Assembly (NCBI RefSeq): GCF_021028975.2
Contig: NC_059426.1
Span: 74,772,001 to 74,836,000 of the forward strand
Source of the DNA: Sphaerodactylus townsendi
Lineage: Eukaryota
Direction: 5' to 3'
DNA: 64,000 nucleotides
The notes below the pieces were generated by a model that was not told where the DNA came from, did no database searches, and saw nothing but the letters and a program-made list of their open reading frames with translations. Positions 62,790 through 64,000 of the stretch are shown in pieces; position 1 is the stretch's first letter; each line of letters begins with the position of its first letter. Made by a program: the position numbers and the translations under genes.

Positions 62790-63340
62790 ATCTTTGTTGG
62801 TTAATTTTATTTTTGACTTGGGACCCAATTTTTATTCAAAAATGGGTGTGGCTATGGGTAGCTCCCTGGCCCCCTCTGTTGTCAACTTATACATGGCATT
62901 TTTTTTTGAAGAAATATATTTGCAATGCCAGTAACAATCCGTTCTCTTCCAGCATTTTTCAGTACAAAAGATATATAGATTATATTTTTCTTTTTTTTTT
63001 CTTATCCCTCTCAGGTTGATAATTTTTCTCAGTGGAAGTTTTCCTTTAATATCAATAAGGATTCCATTATTTTTTTGGATACCATAATGTTTCTCAACAA
63101 CTTGGGTCAATTTGCCTCTAAGCCCTATAAGAAACCTGTGGATAACACTCCTCCACTTCGTTATTTTTCATGTCATCCTAGAAACCTCAAAAATAGCTTG
63201 CCATACTCACAATTATAGAGACTGAAAAGAAATCCCACCTCCTTTGATCATTTTAAACATGAGGGACAAAATTTGATTACTAATTTTGCATACAGAGGTT
63301 ATCCATCCTATGTGTTCAAGAGTGCCTGGCATAGGGCAAA
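62790..63340 (+). mobile_element. Penelope-like element reverse transcriptase fragment
   Basis: MGVAMGSSLAPSVVNLYM, YKRYIDYIF (YIDD-like) and KPVD..FSCHPRNLKNSLPYSQ, with frameshifts. Confidence 0.8.
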
Positions 63341-64000
63341 AGAAAAGGACAGAAGTGCTCTCTAAGTGGGATACTCTACAGTTGCCCAATAGATTAACAG
63401 GAGCCTGGAGATAGAGCCAGCAGTATAAGTCTGAGCTCAGCTTGACTAGGTCAAGCTCACAGTTTAAAACTAGATCTGGCCAAGGAAAGCCCAGTACTGA
63501 AAAGCACACAGTCCCCCAAATTCAAGTCAGTAGTTGAACATGCTTCAGATAGCACCAGTGTGTGACTGAAGAAAGGTTGCAATGGAATTCTGCCCTATAG
63601 ACCATGGAATATAGTCCCTAGAAGACTGAGACAGACTTGACTGCAATCAGCAAGACACTCTTCACTGCCTGTTGTTACTGCACGTGCTTGTTTTGCTTTT
63701 CTGCAGGTGAAGGTGGCATCTGCTGTTTCAACCTACCTCCTGGAGAGAAGCATTACGCCTAGTCAGCCCTTCTAAGTTCTACCTGTGACTCTACCTCACT
63801 TAGACAGATGCCATGCCAGGAAGGATTCAGTCCCTCTTTCCATAGCCCCAGGAGGTGGCAACTTGAGTCATCAGTAAATGTGCGACTGTGGTGTGGTGGT
63901 AAGAGTGACAGACTTAGATCTGAGAACTTCAGGCTCAAATCTCCACTTGTGCTATGAAAGCCAGCTGAATGGCCTTGGGCCAGTCACACAGGCTCAGCCT

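Overview
Vertebrate genomic DNA; the repeat content (CR1, L2, RTE/BovB, Penelope-like, Squam3-like and 5S-derived SINEs, hAT/Harbinger MITEs) points to a squamate reptile, probably a gecko (inference). The window holds an interferon-induced transmembrane (IFITM / CD225-dispanin) gene cluster. All genes have two exons, with the family's phase-0 intron after ..S[VF]K. (1) IFITM5, minus strand, 6882-6697 + 5262-5044, 134 aa. (2) A divergent IFITM paralog, minus strand, 19033-18827 + 14953-14741, 139 aa, with an unusually long C-tail carrying an N-glycosylation sequon. (3) An IFITM2/3-like gene on the plus strand, present twice within a ~4.6 kb tandem duplication (~32565-37187 and ~37188-41817). 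The second copy is intact (38504-38755 + 41757-41906, 133 aa) and has a triple-ISRE promoter. The first copy is cut in exon 2 and lacks the transmembrane helix. Patchy, insertion-biased differences between the copies make a long-read assembly artefact at least as likely as a real duplication. The rest is repeat-rich intergenic DNA with a 140-N gap at 291-430. No wholly new biological system is demonstrable from sequence alone. The best leads are the divergent paralog, the truncated duplicate, the ISRE array, a hammerhead-like motif in a Penelope element and a speculative small two-exon ORF.
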